A stretch of DNA of 64,000 nt from a bacterium (GTDB lineage Bacteria; Patescibacteriota; UBA1384; CAILIB01). The notes beneath the pieces were generated by a model. It worked only from the letters and a program-made list of their open reading frames with translations, was not told where the DNA came from and made no database searches. Below are positions 27,659-37,951 of this stretch, in pieces (the first letter of the stretch is position 1; each line of letters begins with the position of its first letter). Position numbers and translations under genes: made by a program. Where the stretch lies: NCBI GenBank assembly GCA_037131105.1, contig JBAXRQ010000001.1, positions 765,465 through 829,464 of the forward strand, written 5' to 3'.

Positions 27659-28498
27659 ATGATTCAGCCATTCTTCTCAGACGACAACCTGATTCGCTTC
27701 ACCGAAGCGGACGAAAAGCACCAGATTGTAGAGGCTTTAAGCGTCAAGCGGTTTCGGGTGGCAGACACCGACATCAGCTACCGCCTCATCAACTACCTCG
27801 ACCAGGACGGACTGCTTGGCGACTCTCGGGAAGGCAAGGGCTGGCGCTCGTTCTCACTGAAGGAGCTCATTTACCTCTACCTCATCCTTGAGCTCAAGCG
27901 CTTCGGCTTCGCTCAGGTCAGCTTGCAGGAAGTCTGCGCCGCCGTCCTCACCAACCAAGTAAGCGGGAAGCCTGGCAAAACCTTCTTTGATATGGCCATC
28001 GGTCTCTGCTATGTCGGTGAGGAAATCCACATCATCGCCAAGCCGAGCGGCGACATGCTGTTTATGGTTCCTGGCTACTTCGGCCTTTTCCAGCAAGGCG
28101 GGCTCCTTTCTTCCGAAGGTGACAACTCTTACATCCATATTCTCCTTAACGACTTAACCAATAGGGCGCTAACCGCCTTACGGAAAAAGCCGGTGGATGT
28201 ACACAATTCCTTCTTCTCTCAGTACCTCGATTTAGTGGGAAAACCAGAGGAATCAGAGTCTAATAAAAAAGAGCAAAAAGTGTTGGATGCCCTACGGAAT
28301 AAAGATTACCTGAGCGTTGAAGTCAGGAAGAAAGACGGCGAGCTCCACACTATGAAGGTCGAGAAGCTGGAAGAATACCTGAGCAACCAAGAAGACATTA
28401 CCAACCTTATCAAGCAGAAAGACTACGCTGACATCCGGCTCGTTAAGCGGGATGGCAAGGTAGTCCATCTGGAAAGCAAAGACACCATCAAACTATAA
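27659..28498 (+). CDS. MerR-like HTH protein
   Basis: ISYRLINYLDQDGLL...GWRSFSLKEL. Confidence 0.6.
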   Translation: MIQPFFSDDNLIRFTEADEKHQIVEALSVKRFRVADTDISYRLINYLDQDGLLGDSREGKGWRSFSLKELIYLYLILELKRFGFAQVSLQEVCAAVLTNQVSGKPGKTFFDMAIGLCYVGEEIHIIAKPSGDMLFMVPGYFGLFQQGGLLSSEGDNSYIHILLNDLTNRALTALRKKPVDVHNSFFSQYLDLVGKPEESESNKKEQKVLDALRNKDYLSVEVRKKDGELHTMKVEKLEEYLSNQEDITNLIKQKDYADIRLVKRDGKVVHLESKDTIKL

Positions 28499-28599
28499 CC
28501 CGACAACGCTGAGCAGAGGAACCCTGCAGGCCACAGTAATTAACCACCTAATGCTTCAAGAGGTACTTGGGCGAAGGACACTGAAAGTGTTTTTCACCC

Positions 28600-28821
28600 A
28601 TGACCGATACCGAGCGCATAGAGCTCAAGATAGAGCAGAAGCTAAGGCCACTTATTGCGGACACTGCGGAGCGTATGAAGGTAGCAAGGGAAATCAATGC
28701 CCTAGCCAAAATCCTCATCAGCGCCTACCGGACACAAGCCCATGATAAGCGCCAACCCGCCACAATCCGAACTAAAGCGAGCAATCGTCTACATCCGAGT
28801 CTCCACCAAGGAACAAGTTGA
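28600..28821 (+). CDS. Small protein upstream of recombinase (possible directionality factor)
   Basis: Short ORF overlapping the recombinase start; function inferred from position only. Confidence 0.3.
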   Translation: MTDTERIELKIEQKLRPLIADTAERMKVAREINALAKILISAYRTQAHDKRQPATIRTKASNRLHPSLHQGTS

Positions 28822-30319
28822 CGAGGGAAACAGCCTGGCTACCCAGGAGCGGCTTTGTCGTGACTACGCCAAGAAACAGGGTATAACGGTCAAAGAGGAA
28901 GGTATCTTCAGAGAGGAGGGCGAAAGCGCCAAGACCGCCAACCGGACGGTGCTCAAGAAGATGATTACCTATGCCAGTCTCCATAAGAACGAGATCGACT
29001 GTCTGCTTATCTACCGGATTGACCGGCTAGCTCGGGAAACCAGGGACTACAGCCATCTGAAAGGCTTTTTCGGCTCACTTGGCATCAGGGTTATTTCAAT
29101 TTCCGAGAACTTTGAAGACGACCCTGTAGGCCGCTTTATCGAGAATACTCTGGCCGGCGTCGCCCAGCTTGATAATGAAATCAGGGCTGAGCGCAGCAAG
29201 AACGGCATGGTTGACGCTGTTCGGGAAGGTCGCTGGGTCTGGAAAGCCCCTCTGGGCTATATAAACGCTCGGGTACATGGCAAGAAGAACATTAAGCCTA
29301 ATCCAGCTGGCAATACGGTAACGCTCCTACGTGAAGCCTGGGAACTGGTGGATAGCGGCTTTTCTATCGAGGCCACCCGCCGCATAATGGAAAAGAAGGG
29401 CTTGGTAAGCGAACGAGGAAAAGCAGTCAGCAAGAGCCAGTTTCAAAAGCTTTTTCACCATCCCATTTACAAAGGGGTAATCGACAAGTTTGGCCTCACC
29501 ATTCTCAGTGACGCTATTGAACCCATCGTACCGCCAGAACTGTTTGATCGGGTGCACCTGAAGCTGACCGGCGCTTATCACTTCCCCGAGAAATACCTAA
29601 AGGCCAACCCTGAGTTTCCACTACGGGGTGTCATGTTCTGCAAATACGGCCACAGAATGACTGCTAGCGCCCCTAGAGGCAATGGCGGGCGGTATCCTAA
29701 GTACCACTGCCATTTGTGTCGAGGAGTAGGCACGAGCCACAATAAAACCACCGTAGAGACCCGCTTTAAGACATACATCAACTACATGAGCTACCCAGGA
29801 GAGCTCAAGGAGGGCTTAGTAGTGGCCATTATGGGAAACTGGGAGCAAGAACAGCAAGTAAACCGCAAGCAGATCGCCAAGCTCAAGAAGCGATTACTAG
29901 AGCTAGACGCTGAGGATAACGAAATAGGCCGCAAGAACATTGCCGGCGTCTTTAGCGATGAGCACGCCAAGAAGATGTTGGCGGCGAACAGCCTGGAGCG
30001 TACCAAGATAAACCTAGAGCTCAGTGGCTACGACTATTTAGATCAGGATTTAGAAGAAATGATTGAAGATGGCGCAAGCTCTTTGGAGGACATAAGCGCT
30101 TTGTGGGAAGGACTTGAGGACATCCACATCAAGCAACGGTTCCAAAAATGGCTATTTCCCCTTGGGGTGGTGTATGACGGAGAGAAATTTGGAACCAGCC
30201 AATTACCCCTTTGCATATCTATTAAAAAAGACCTTTCCAACGAAAAGTCTCTTTTGGTGGACCCCACCGGATTCGAACCGGTCGCCTCCTCGGTGCAAAC
30301 GAGGCGCTCTACCAAATGA
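28742..30319 (+). CDS. Large serine recombinase (integrase) 2
   Basis: YIRVSTKEQ, GESAKTANR, YRIDRLAR; 3' end runs antisense through tRNA-Ala. Confidence 0.93.
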   Translation: MISANPPQSELKRAIVYIRVSTKEQVDEGNSLATQERLCRDYAKKQGITVKEEGIFREEGESAKTANRTVLKKMITYASLHKNEIDCLLIYRIDRLARETRDYSHLKGFFGSLGIRVISISENFEDDPVGRFIENTLAGVAQLDNEIRAERSKNGMVDAVREGRWVWKAPLGYINARVHGKKNIKPNPAGNTVTLLREAWELVDSGFSIEATRRIMEKKGLVSERGKAVSKSQFQKLFHHPIYKGVIDKFGLTILSDAIEPIVPPELFDRVHLKLTGAYHFPEKYLKANPEFPLRGVMFCKYGHRMTASAPRGNGGRYPKYHCHLCRGVGTSHNKTTVETRFKTYINYMSYPGELKEGLVVAIMGNWEQEQQVNRKQIAKLKKRLLELDAEDNEIGRKNIAGVFSDEHAKKMLAANSLERTKINLELSGYDYLDQDLEEMIEDGASSLEDISALWEGLEDIHIKQRFQKWLFPLGVVYDGEKFGTSQLPLCISIKKDLSNEKSLLVDPTGFEPVASSVQTRRSTK

Positions 30320-30330
30320 GCTAGGGGCCC
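30255..30330 (-). tRNA. tRNA-Ala(TGC)
   Basis: GGGCCCC...CCTCG-TTTGCAC-CGAGG...TTCGAAT...GGGGTCCACCA; G3:U70; encoded CCA. Confidence 0.95.
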
Positions 30331-30497
30331 ATGAGCGAGTCAAGCGCAGACCTGCTTGCAGGGATGCATTTGACGAGCGAATGGGCACGAGCCGAAGGCG
30401 GAGGCCCTTACGGCAAAAAGCAAAACACATGCACAAAGCCAAGAAAACCTACTCCCGACTCTTCGAGAGCATACCAGATTCCCCACCTGCCGGCAAC

Positions 30498-30707
30498 CTA
30501 GGACTGTCCCGGTATGCCGTTGGCGATCACCCAGTAGCCGGCCAGGATGGCGGCGATACCGATGAGCCTCCAGGCAGTATAGGTTCCGCCGGGGCCCAGG
30601 CGACGCTCTGCCCAGCCTAGATGACCGAAGATCTTTACGATCCTGAAGCAGTAGATCTCAATGATGACGCCGGCAAGGATGGCTCCGATTCCAATAAGAT
30701 AGTGCAT
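30498..30707 (-). CDS. Small two-TM membrane protein
   Basis: MHYLIGIG...FGHLGWAERRLGPGGTYTAWRLIG. Confidence 0.6.
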   Translation of the reverse strand: MHYLIGIGAILAGVIIEIYCFRIVKIFGHLGWAERRLGPGGTYTAWRLIGIAAILAGYWVIANGIPGQS

Positions 30708-30786
30708 GCTACCAGTATAACAGCAGGTGGTGGTCGGTTGGCAAATCCCGTACAATAAGAGCACCTTAGCAGCATCGGCATTCCTC

Positions 30787-31551
30787 ATGCCTGACATAGG
30801 CAGCGACAGCACCGTCCGCCTGGCGGTGATCATCTTCGAGCTCGTCCTGAGCCTCTCCCTCATCGTCTGGATGCGGCGCACCCACCGCAGCGTCACCGAG
30901 GACTGGAGGTTCTATGCCAAGCTGCTGTTCTACGGCGGCCTGACCGCCCTGGCAGCCGGCCTGATTGAGATCCGCTACTCTTTTAACCTTCAGCAGCTCC
31001 AGCTGACCGCCCCGGACGTCATGGCACGCTACGGCACCCTCTACGGCCTGCTGAACAACCTTTCCGGCAGCCTCATCGAGGAGCTGGCCAAGTACACGGT
31101 GGCCGTCTTCACCATCCTGAACGCCAAGCACGTGCACAAGCTGAGCGACGCCATTATCTACATGATCATCATCGGGCTGGGCTTCTCGCTGGTCGAGGAC
31201 GTCTTCTTCCTGCTCAATCCCGACACCATCGCCCCCTACCGACTGATCAGCTTCTTCGTCCATTCCGGTACTAGCGCCATCATCGGCTACAGCCTGGGCC
31301 GCTTCATGTCAGGCGTCATCAAGTACTGGGAGGTGTTCCTGGCCATCCTCTGGGCCATTACCCTGCACTTCGCCTACAACTTCTCGGTCAGCGAGACCTT
31401 CCAGTACTCCGGCCTGCTGGTAGCCTTCATCACCATCTACATCTCATTGCAGATCTTCATCCTCTTCCGCCGGGCCATCGAAGAAGAATACCGCCTGGGC
31501 CACCGGTTCCGCGGCGTACCGACCCAGCGGCTGCTCAATCTTCACCAGTAA
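30787..31551 (+). CDS. PrsW-family intramembrane protease
   Basis: IEELAKY, GLGFSLVED, VHSG, LHFAYN motifs. Confidence 0.85.
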   Translation: MPDIGSDSTVRLAVIIFELVLSLSLIVWMRRTHRSVTEDWRFYAKLLFYGGLTALAAGLIEIRYSFNLQQLQLTAPDVMARYGTLYGLLNNLSGSLIEELAKYTVAVFTILNAKHVHKLSDAIIYMIIIGLGFSLVEDVFFLLNPDTIAPYRLISFFVHSGTSAIIGYSLGRFMSGVIKYWEVFLAILWAITLHFAYNFSVSETFQYSGLLVAFITIYISLQIFILFRRAIEEEYRLGHRFRGVPTQRLLNLHQ

Positions 31552-31559
31552 CGCCTTCT

Positions 31560-32183
31560 ATGAAACCCTCAAGACTCGAAGCCCTGGCCGACGGCATCTT
31601 CGCCATTGTCATGACTCTGCTGGTATTGGAGATCCACGTCCCCCACCTTGAGGAAGGCCTCAGCCTGGCTACGGCTGCCTCCCATGCCATCACCGACATT
31701 GGACCCAAGCTGGTAAGCTTCATCGTCAGCTTCATGATCCTGGCTATCTACTGGAGCTCGCACCACATGCTCTTCGCCAAGCTGAAGGAGATAAACTTCA
31801 GGTTCATGTGGCTCAATGTCTACTTTCTGATGACTATCAGCCTCATCCCCTTCTCCACCGCCTTCATCGGGTCGTATCCACTGGTGCAGGCCAGCCAGAT
31901 ATTCTATGCTCTTAACCTGATAATCGGCGGCCTCATCCTCTTCCATATGATCAAGTACGCTGTCTTCCACGGCCGGCTGACCGGAGATGAGAGCGCCTCG
32001 CGCGAGTTCAAGATCAATGTGACCGGAAAGATTCTCTTCCCAGCCGCCACCTATCTCCTGGCCATCGCCGTCTCATTCTTTGAGCCGCGCCTCAGCCTAG
32101 CCTTACTGGTGGTGGGACCCCTCATCTACTTCATTCCTATTGATACGAGACTCTGGCAGGCGCTTACCGGGAGGGCACAGTGA
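31560..32183 (+). CDS. TMEM175-family potassium channel
   Basis: RLEALADGIFAIVMTLLVLEI, YWSSHH, LIPFST. Confidence 0.9.
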   Translation: MKPSRLEALADGIFAIVMTLLVLEIHVPHLEEGLSLATAASHAITDIGPKLVSFIVSFMILAIYWSSHHMLFAKLKEINFRFMWLNVYFLMTISLIPFSTAFIGSYPLVQASQIFYALNLIIGGLILFHMIKYAVFHGRLTGDESASREFKINVTGKILFPAATYLLAIAVSFFEPRLSLALLVVGPLIYFIPIDTRLWQALTGRAQ

Positions 32184-32509
32184 GCATAAAGCGTTGGCTG
32201 GCTACTGCGGTCCTTTCACTGATCGGCGGAGCCTGGCTTTCCAATGCCCTGAGTCAGGCCGAATGGACCTACCAGAAGGGAATATACCTCTCCAGCGGCT
32301 GGCCAGGCGGTTACAGCAGGAATCCAGGCCTCGGGTTTCCCTTCACCACTGGCAACAACCCTCCGGCCAGGTGCTTCTGCGCTATCGACCATAACTCCAT
32401 CGCCGATCTTCTCAACGCCATCTTCTACATCGCCCTGGTGTTCATCGTCATAACAGTCATTCAGATAGCTTGGACATCGTTACGCAAAACTATCACTGTC
32501 AGGCAATAA
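32180..32509 (+). CDS. Hypothetical membrane protein
   Basis: Two hydrophobic segments; GTGA overlap with the upstream gene. Confidence 0.5.
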   Translation: MSIKRWLATAVLSLIGGAWLSNALSQAEWTYQKGIYLSSGWPGGYSRNPGLGFPFTTGNNPPARCFCAIDHNSIADLLNAIFYIALVFIVITVIQIAWTSLRKTITVRQ

Positions 32510-32520
32510 CCCCACCCATT

Positions 32521-33261
32521 ATGGAACATGGCCACACCGTAGTAGAGAAAAAGTCCGCCGGCCACCTAGCCGCAATGGCTGCCCTTATCCTTATCCCCGC
32601 CCTGGTGGCCGGAGGAGGCACCTACGCTTACCAGCGTAACCAGCAGACCAAGTCAGAGAATGACCTCCAGGCCCAGATCACTACTTTGAAGGGCAAGCTT
32701 GCCGCTACGCCCACGCCAAGCCCTACCGCCAGCGCCACGGCCGTGATCTCGACTCCTGATACTACCACGGCAACATGGACCACTTACACCAACGCCACGT
32801 ACGGCTTTACCTTCAAATATCCCAGCACCTACAAGGGCGTAAAACAGTTCCTTAACCAGACCACTCAGAAGCTGGAGTCTTCGGACGACCTTCTGCAGCT
32901 GACCACCAACCAAGATGCTACATCGGTTGGGTCTGAAGGATGCAATGCCCAGTACGAGATGATAATTGAGGAGAACCAGGGGAAATTCGATACTCTGGGG
33001 GCCGCTTCGTATTATGAACATTTCACAGATCCAACCATTAAGACAGTGAAAATAGGTGGAAAGCCCGCCTTCCGCATCACCGGCACCAACAATGACCAGG
33101 TGGCGTATGGGGTCGTGGGCTCGAAGAATGAGATGGCCGTCATCAATATGGACAGCCATATACTCCACTTCAGTACCTGTGAAGGAGGCAGCACTACCCC
33201 TTATACGCCAAATGTCGCGGAATACGAGAAGATCCTGTCAACCTTCACGTTCTCGAAATAG
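32521..33261 (+). CDS. Membrane-anchored PsbP-like extracellular protein
   Basis: TM, P/T/S linker, WTTYTNATYGFTFKYP, C-terminal KILSTFTF. Confidence 0.65.
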   Translation: MEHGHTVVEKKSAGHLAAMAALILIPALVAGGGTYAYQRNQQTKSENDLQAQITTLKGKLAATPTPSPTASATAVISTPDTTTATWTTYTNATYGFTFKYPSTYKGVKQFLNQTTQKLESSDDLLQLTTNQDATSVGSEGCNAQYEMIIEENQGKFDTLGAASYYEHFTDPTIKTVKIGGKPAFRITGTNNDQVAYGVVGSKNEMAVINMDSHILHFSTCEGGSTTPYTPNVAEYEKILSTFTFSK

Positions 33262-33279
33262 ATAGCTACGGAATACAGA

Positions 33280-33308
33280 AAGGCTCCGGCGTTATGCCGG
33301 AGCCTTTC
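33280..33308 (+). terminator. Intrinsic terminator
   Basis: AGGCTCCGGC-GTTAT-GCCGGAGCCTTTC. Confidence 0.7.
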
Positions 33309-33320
33309 TGTATATTGAGC

Positions 33321-33970
33321 GGTCAGTATCTTTTGGTGGGCGAACGAACCATATCCGCCCGTCAAGCCGTTGCACGTCATTATGCGCTTCGCGCCGCTTC
33401 CTGCCCGAGCGCAGGAGCGCGATCGTCGAGTTCTTATATGCCCTCCGATCCGACGCGGTTACTTCCGCTGAACGTTTATCAAGCTCTGGTGGGCGATGAT
33501 GGACTTGCCAGGTCAGACGGCAACGTTCGCTGAAGGGCTCACGAGCGAACCATCGACCTCGTCATTATGGCGGGTCAGTATCTTTTGGTGGGCGATGATG
33601 GACTTGCCAGGTCAGATGGCAACGTTCGCTGAAGGGCTCACGAGCGAACCATCGACCTCGTCATTATGGCCGAGTTTCTATATACATTCCGATCCGGCCC
33701 GTTTGCCTCCTTGATTCATAGTTCTCTCATGGTGGGCGATGATGGACTCGAACCATCGACCTCGTCATTATCAGTGACGCGCTCTAACCACCTGAGCTAA
33801 TCGCCCTCCATGAGAGAACTAAGTTTTGAAAGATGCAAACGATCAGTGACGCGCTCTAACCACCTGAGCTAATCAGACGAGGAGCAATACTGGCGATCAT
33901 GCGTGCATGAACATCAGGATTGCGACGAGTCTGATATCAGAGATATCGCCCTCCAAAAGATACCGATATA
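33321..33970 (-). repeat. Array of interrupted tRNA-Ile fragments around the intact gene
   Basis: 85-bp units at 33487-33571 and 33586-33670 (3' half with a 40-nt T-loop insertion); 5'-half copy at 33842-33874; further end fragments at 33334 and about 33945. Confidence 0.85.
33730..33806 (-). tRNA. tRNA-Ile(GAT)
   Basis: GGGCGAT...CGTCA-CTGATAA-TGACG...TTCGAGT...ATCGCCCACCA. Confidence 0.95.
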
Positions 33971-34097
33971 TCAAACTCGTTGCCGGCCCTTCGTAAGCAT
34001 CCTTCTCGTCCTAATTTGACCTTCCCACTCTACCAAAAAATAAGGTTATAGGAAAGCCCCGGACGCTACGGCCCCGGGGCTTTCTGTGACATCGCAC

Positions 34098-34400
34098 TCA
34101 CATTGTCATGATGCGTACATCTTCGGCAGGAACGTTGAAGGCCTTAGCAAAGGATTCTCTGCACTTTTCCAGGTCCTCCATTACCTGGCGAGAGGCGCGC
34201 ACCCTTACTACAAGCCCCTGTTCATTCACCCTAATAGAGCATTTCGAGACTTTGTGCGACGTTAGGATCGCAGCCGTCATCCCTTTTGCTGTACGGGGAA
34301 GATTCAGCGTATAGCCTCCGAACGTTACGAACAACCCGCTATGCTCACCTAGTGGGCTACGCCGTTCCTTTTCTTTAGCTTTTAACGGATGTCGCGCCAT
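34098..34400 (-). CDS. Hypothetical protein
   Basis: SD GAAAGGGG; followed by a hairpin at about 34053-34084. Confidence 0.5.
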   Translation of the reverse strand: MARHPLKAKEKERRSPLGEHSGLFVTFGGYTLNLPRTAKGMTAAILTSHKVSKCSIRVNEQGLVVRVRASRQVMEDLEKCRESFAKAFNVPAEDVRIMTM

Positions 34401-34421
34401 AATTACCCCTTTCAGAAAACC

Positions 34422-35153
34422 TCACCATGCCTCACTGCTATGCATGAACGGCCTGAGCGACCACAGATGGCTGCCCATAGGAGCCGCAACCTCAAAACCG
34501 GCAAAAGCCGGGAAGCTAAAATGCTGGCTGACGCTCTGAACAATCCGGTCATTCCACAGGCATCCGGGCTCACTTACAGGAAGCACGACGTGAAGATTGG
34601 TCTGGCGATTCATGCTAGTCAACACTTGTGTAAGCGCTTCGGGACTGCCTGGATCAAGTGAATAGTAATACGCCGCCGAGCCCCCCAGTATCATGGATGC
34701 CGAGAGCAGGCGTTCCCAACCCATTCCCGAACAATCGAGAATACATGGTCCTGTCGTACCAGGGATGTAGTCTCGAAAGCACTCTTCCGCGCCACTCTCA
34801 CCATCCAGGGGCACTCCATCGTGGACACCCATAAGCCAGCCTCCGCAGAAAAAGATGCTGCGCCTGTGTTCCCGTGCAAAGTGCTCGGGTATAAGGCCAC
34901 TATGCAGCCGTTCTCCCCGGGCATTCAAGGGAAGGATGAAACGGACGTCCTGAACCTTCTGCCAGTCAGTGAGATGCGTGTCCAAGGTTTGGATAAGCCC
35001 TTCGTCTGGGCCAAGGTTGACTTCCCTCACCCCCCTATCCGTGGCCGCTGGGTGCAGCATTGCCCCTATCAGCCCACTGCTCACAGCACTTCCTACCGCA
35101 TTCACCACGATCAGATCATACTCATTCCTTACTATCATGTCGTTATCCCCCAT
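34422..35153 (-). CDS. Hypothetical protein
   Basis: 243 aa ORF with AAAGAGGA upstream; no recognised motif. Confidence 0.5.
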   Translation of the reverse strand: MGDNDMIVRNEYDLIVVNAVGSAVSSGLIGAMLHPAATDRGVREVNLGPDEGLIQTLDTHLTDWQKVQDVRFILPLNARGERLHSGLIPEHFAREHRRSIFFCGGWLMGVHDGVPLDGESGAEECFRDYIPGTTGPCILDCSGMGWERLLSASMILGGSAAYYYSLDPGSPEALTQVLTSMNRQTNLHVVLPVSEPGCLWNDRIVQSVSQHFSFPAFAGFEVAAPMGSHLWSLRPFMHSSEAW

Positions 35154-35221
35154 TTCCTCTTTGTACCTGCTGCACAGTTAACCATATTTGCCATAGATTG
35201 ACAATGATAAGTGCCCAAAAG

Positions 35222-35252
35222 AAAAGCACCGCTATACATCTGCGGTGCTTTC
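35222..35252 (-). terminator. Terminator after the tRNA-like cluster
   Basis: AAAGCACCGC...GCGGTGCTTT inverted repeat. Confidence 0.65.
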
Positions 35253-35259
35253 AGGATAA

Positions 35260-35332
35260 TGTCCCCAGAAGGAATTGAACCTTCGATCTCCGGCGTGACT
35301 GGCCGGCGCTCTAGCCACTGAGCCATGGGGAC
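35260..35332 (-). tRNA. tRNA-Asp(GTC)-like, atypical (A at position 33, no CCA)
   Basis: GTCCCCA/TGGGGAC acceptor, CCGGC-CAGTCAC-GCCGG anticodon arm, TTCAATT T loop. Confidence 0.7.
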
Positions 35333-35433
35333 GGTGATAATGCTCTACCACTGAGCTACTCCCGCGTTCCAACTGCATAATCAGGTCCGACTATGCGGGA
35401 GACAGGACTCGAACCTGCGACCTTTACCACCAC
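35333..35433 (-). ncRNA. Circularly permuted tRNA-like element (Gly-type acceptor; 3' half precedes 5' half)
   Basis: Minus strand: GGTGGTAA-AGGTC-GCAGG-TTCGAGT-CCTGT-CTCCCGC-A, 28-nt linker, then GCGGGAG-TA-GCTC-AGTGGTA-GAGC-A-TTATCACC. Confidence 0.75.
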
Positions 35434-35505
35434 AGCGGATGACGAGACTCGAACTCGCGTCTTCACCGGCGAAAGTGAGGCTCTAACCAATTGAGCTACA
35501 TCCGC
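35434..35505 (-). tRNA. tRNA-Gly-like gene with aberrant 6-nt anticodon loop
   Basis: GCGGATG/CATCCGC-T acceptor, normal D and T arms, TCACT-TTCGCC-GGTGA. Confidence 0.6.
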
Positions 35506-35517
35506 AGTACGACTGAA

Positions 35518-35591
35518 TCGGGCTGGTGGGATTTGAACCCACGACCTCCTGATCCCGAACCAAGTGCGCTACCAAGCTGCGCTACAGCCCG
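35518..35591 (-). tRNA. tRNA-Pro(CGG), no encoded CCA
   Basis: CGGGCTG...CTTGG-TTCGGGA-TCAGG...TTCAAAT...CAGCCCGA. Confidence 0.85.
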
Positions 35592-35603
35592 AACAAACGA
35601 CCA

Positions 35604-35675
35604 AGGAGGGGGCAGGATTCGAACCTGCGATAACACACCATGAATGTGTGCCTTGGCCCACTAGGCGACCCCTCC
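35604..35675 (-). tRNA. Atypical tRNA-like gene (GGAGGGG acceptor, possible CAT anticodon)
   Basis: GGAGGGG/CCCCTCC-T; ACACA-TTCATGG-TGTGT directly abuts the D stem; TTCGAAT T loop. Confidence 0.6.
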
Positions 35676-35871
35676 CTTTGCCTTATAAACTTCAAAAGGC
35701 TCTTGCCCCTTCATATTTGAAGAGATAAGAGCCCCTTGAAGGGACTTCGACAAGAGAGCATCAAACATTCTGGATGTTGCAGTGAACCGCCATCGCATAT
35801 GGAATGCGACCGACCTGGATAATGGAATACTGGGTTAGACTTACGTCTACCCAACCATTATCGTTCCTTTT

Positions 35872-37650
<1,779 letters not shown>

Positions 37651-37873
37651 ATTGGTTGAGAACTCATTCGGACGTGGCGTCCTCAGAGTTTTTCAAGTGT
37701 GGCATTTCACCTCACTAGTTTTATAAAAACAAAAGAATTTTTGGTTCACTGCAACATTCAAAGTGTTTTGAAACACTCTACTTGTCTGCTGCCAAATTAT
37801 CAATGATCAAAGTCTGCTGCTTCGGAATTAAAAAACCGATACTCGCGTACCGATTTCTCTCAGCAGCACAGTT

Positions 37874-37902
37874 ACAATACCTGGTACTCAGAAGCATGTC
37901 AA
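37874..37902 (-). promoter_or_regulatory. rRNA promoter
   Basis: TTGACA-17 nt-TATTGT. Confidence 0.7.
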
Positions 37903-37951
37903 GAGTTTTTATCTCTGACGTTCCAGAGTACCCAAAAGTCAGAGGTAAACC

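Larger units (their letters stand above)
22416..30262. mobile_element. Integrated element 2 (large serine recombinase; putative defence cargo)
   Basis: Bounded by TTGGTGGAC at 22416 and 30254 (tRNA-Ala 3' end); visibly AT-richer cargo. Confidence 0.7.

Noticed and set aside
10934-30262. Prophage
   Set aside because: No recognisable terminase, capsid, portal, tail or lysis genes; treated as integrative islands.
30255-30319. tRNA-encoded C-terminal peptide of recombinase 2 as a functional domain
   Set aside because: It arises from read-through across the att site into antisense tRNA, which is expected for integrated recombinases.
33487-33670. CRISPR array or coding repeats (ORF 33496-33714)
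   Set aside because: The units are 85-bp tRNA-Ile derivatives without unique spacers; the ORF is a by-product of the 99-bp period.
35333-35433. Two-piece (permuted) tmRNA
   Set aside because: It has a full D stem, lacks the G3:U70 alanine identity pair and has no tag reading frame.
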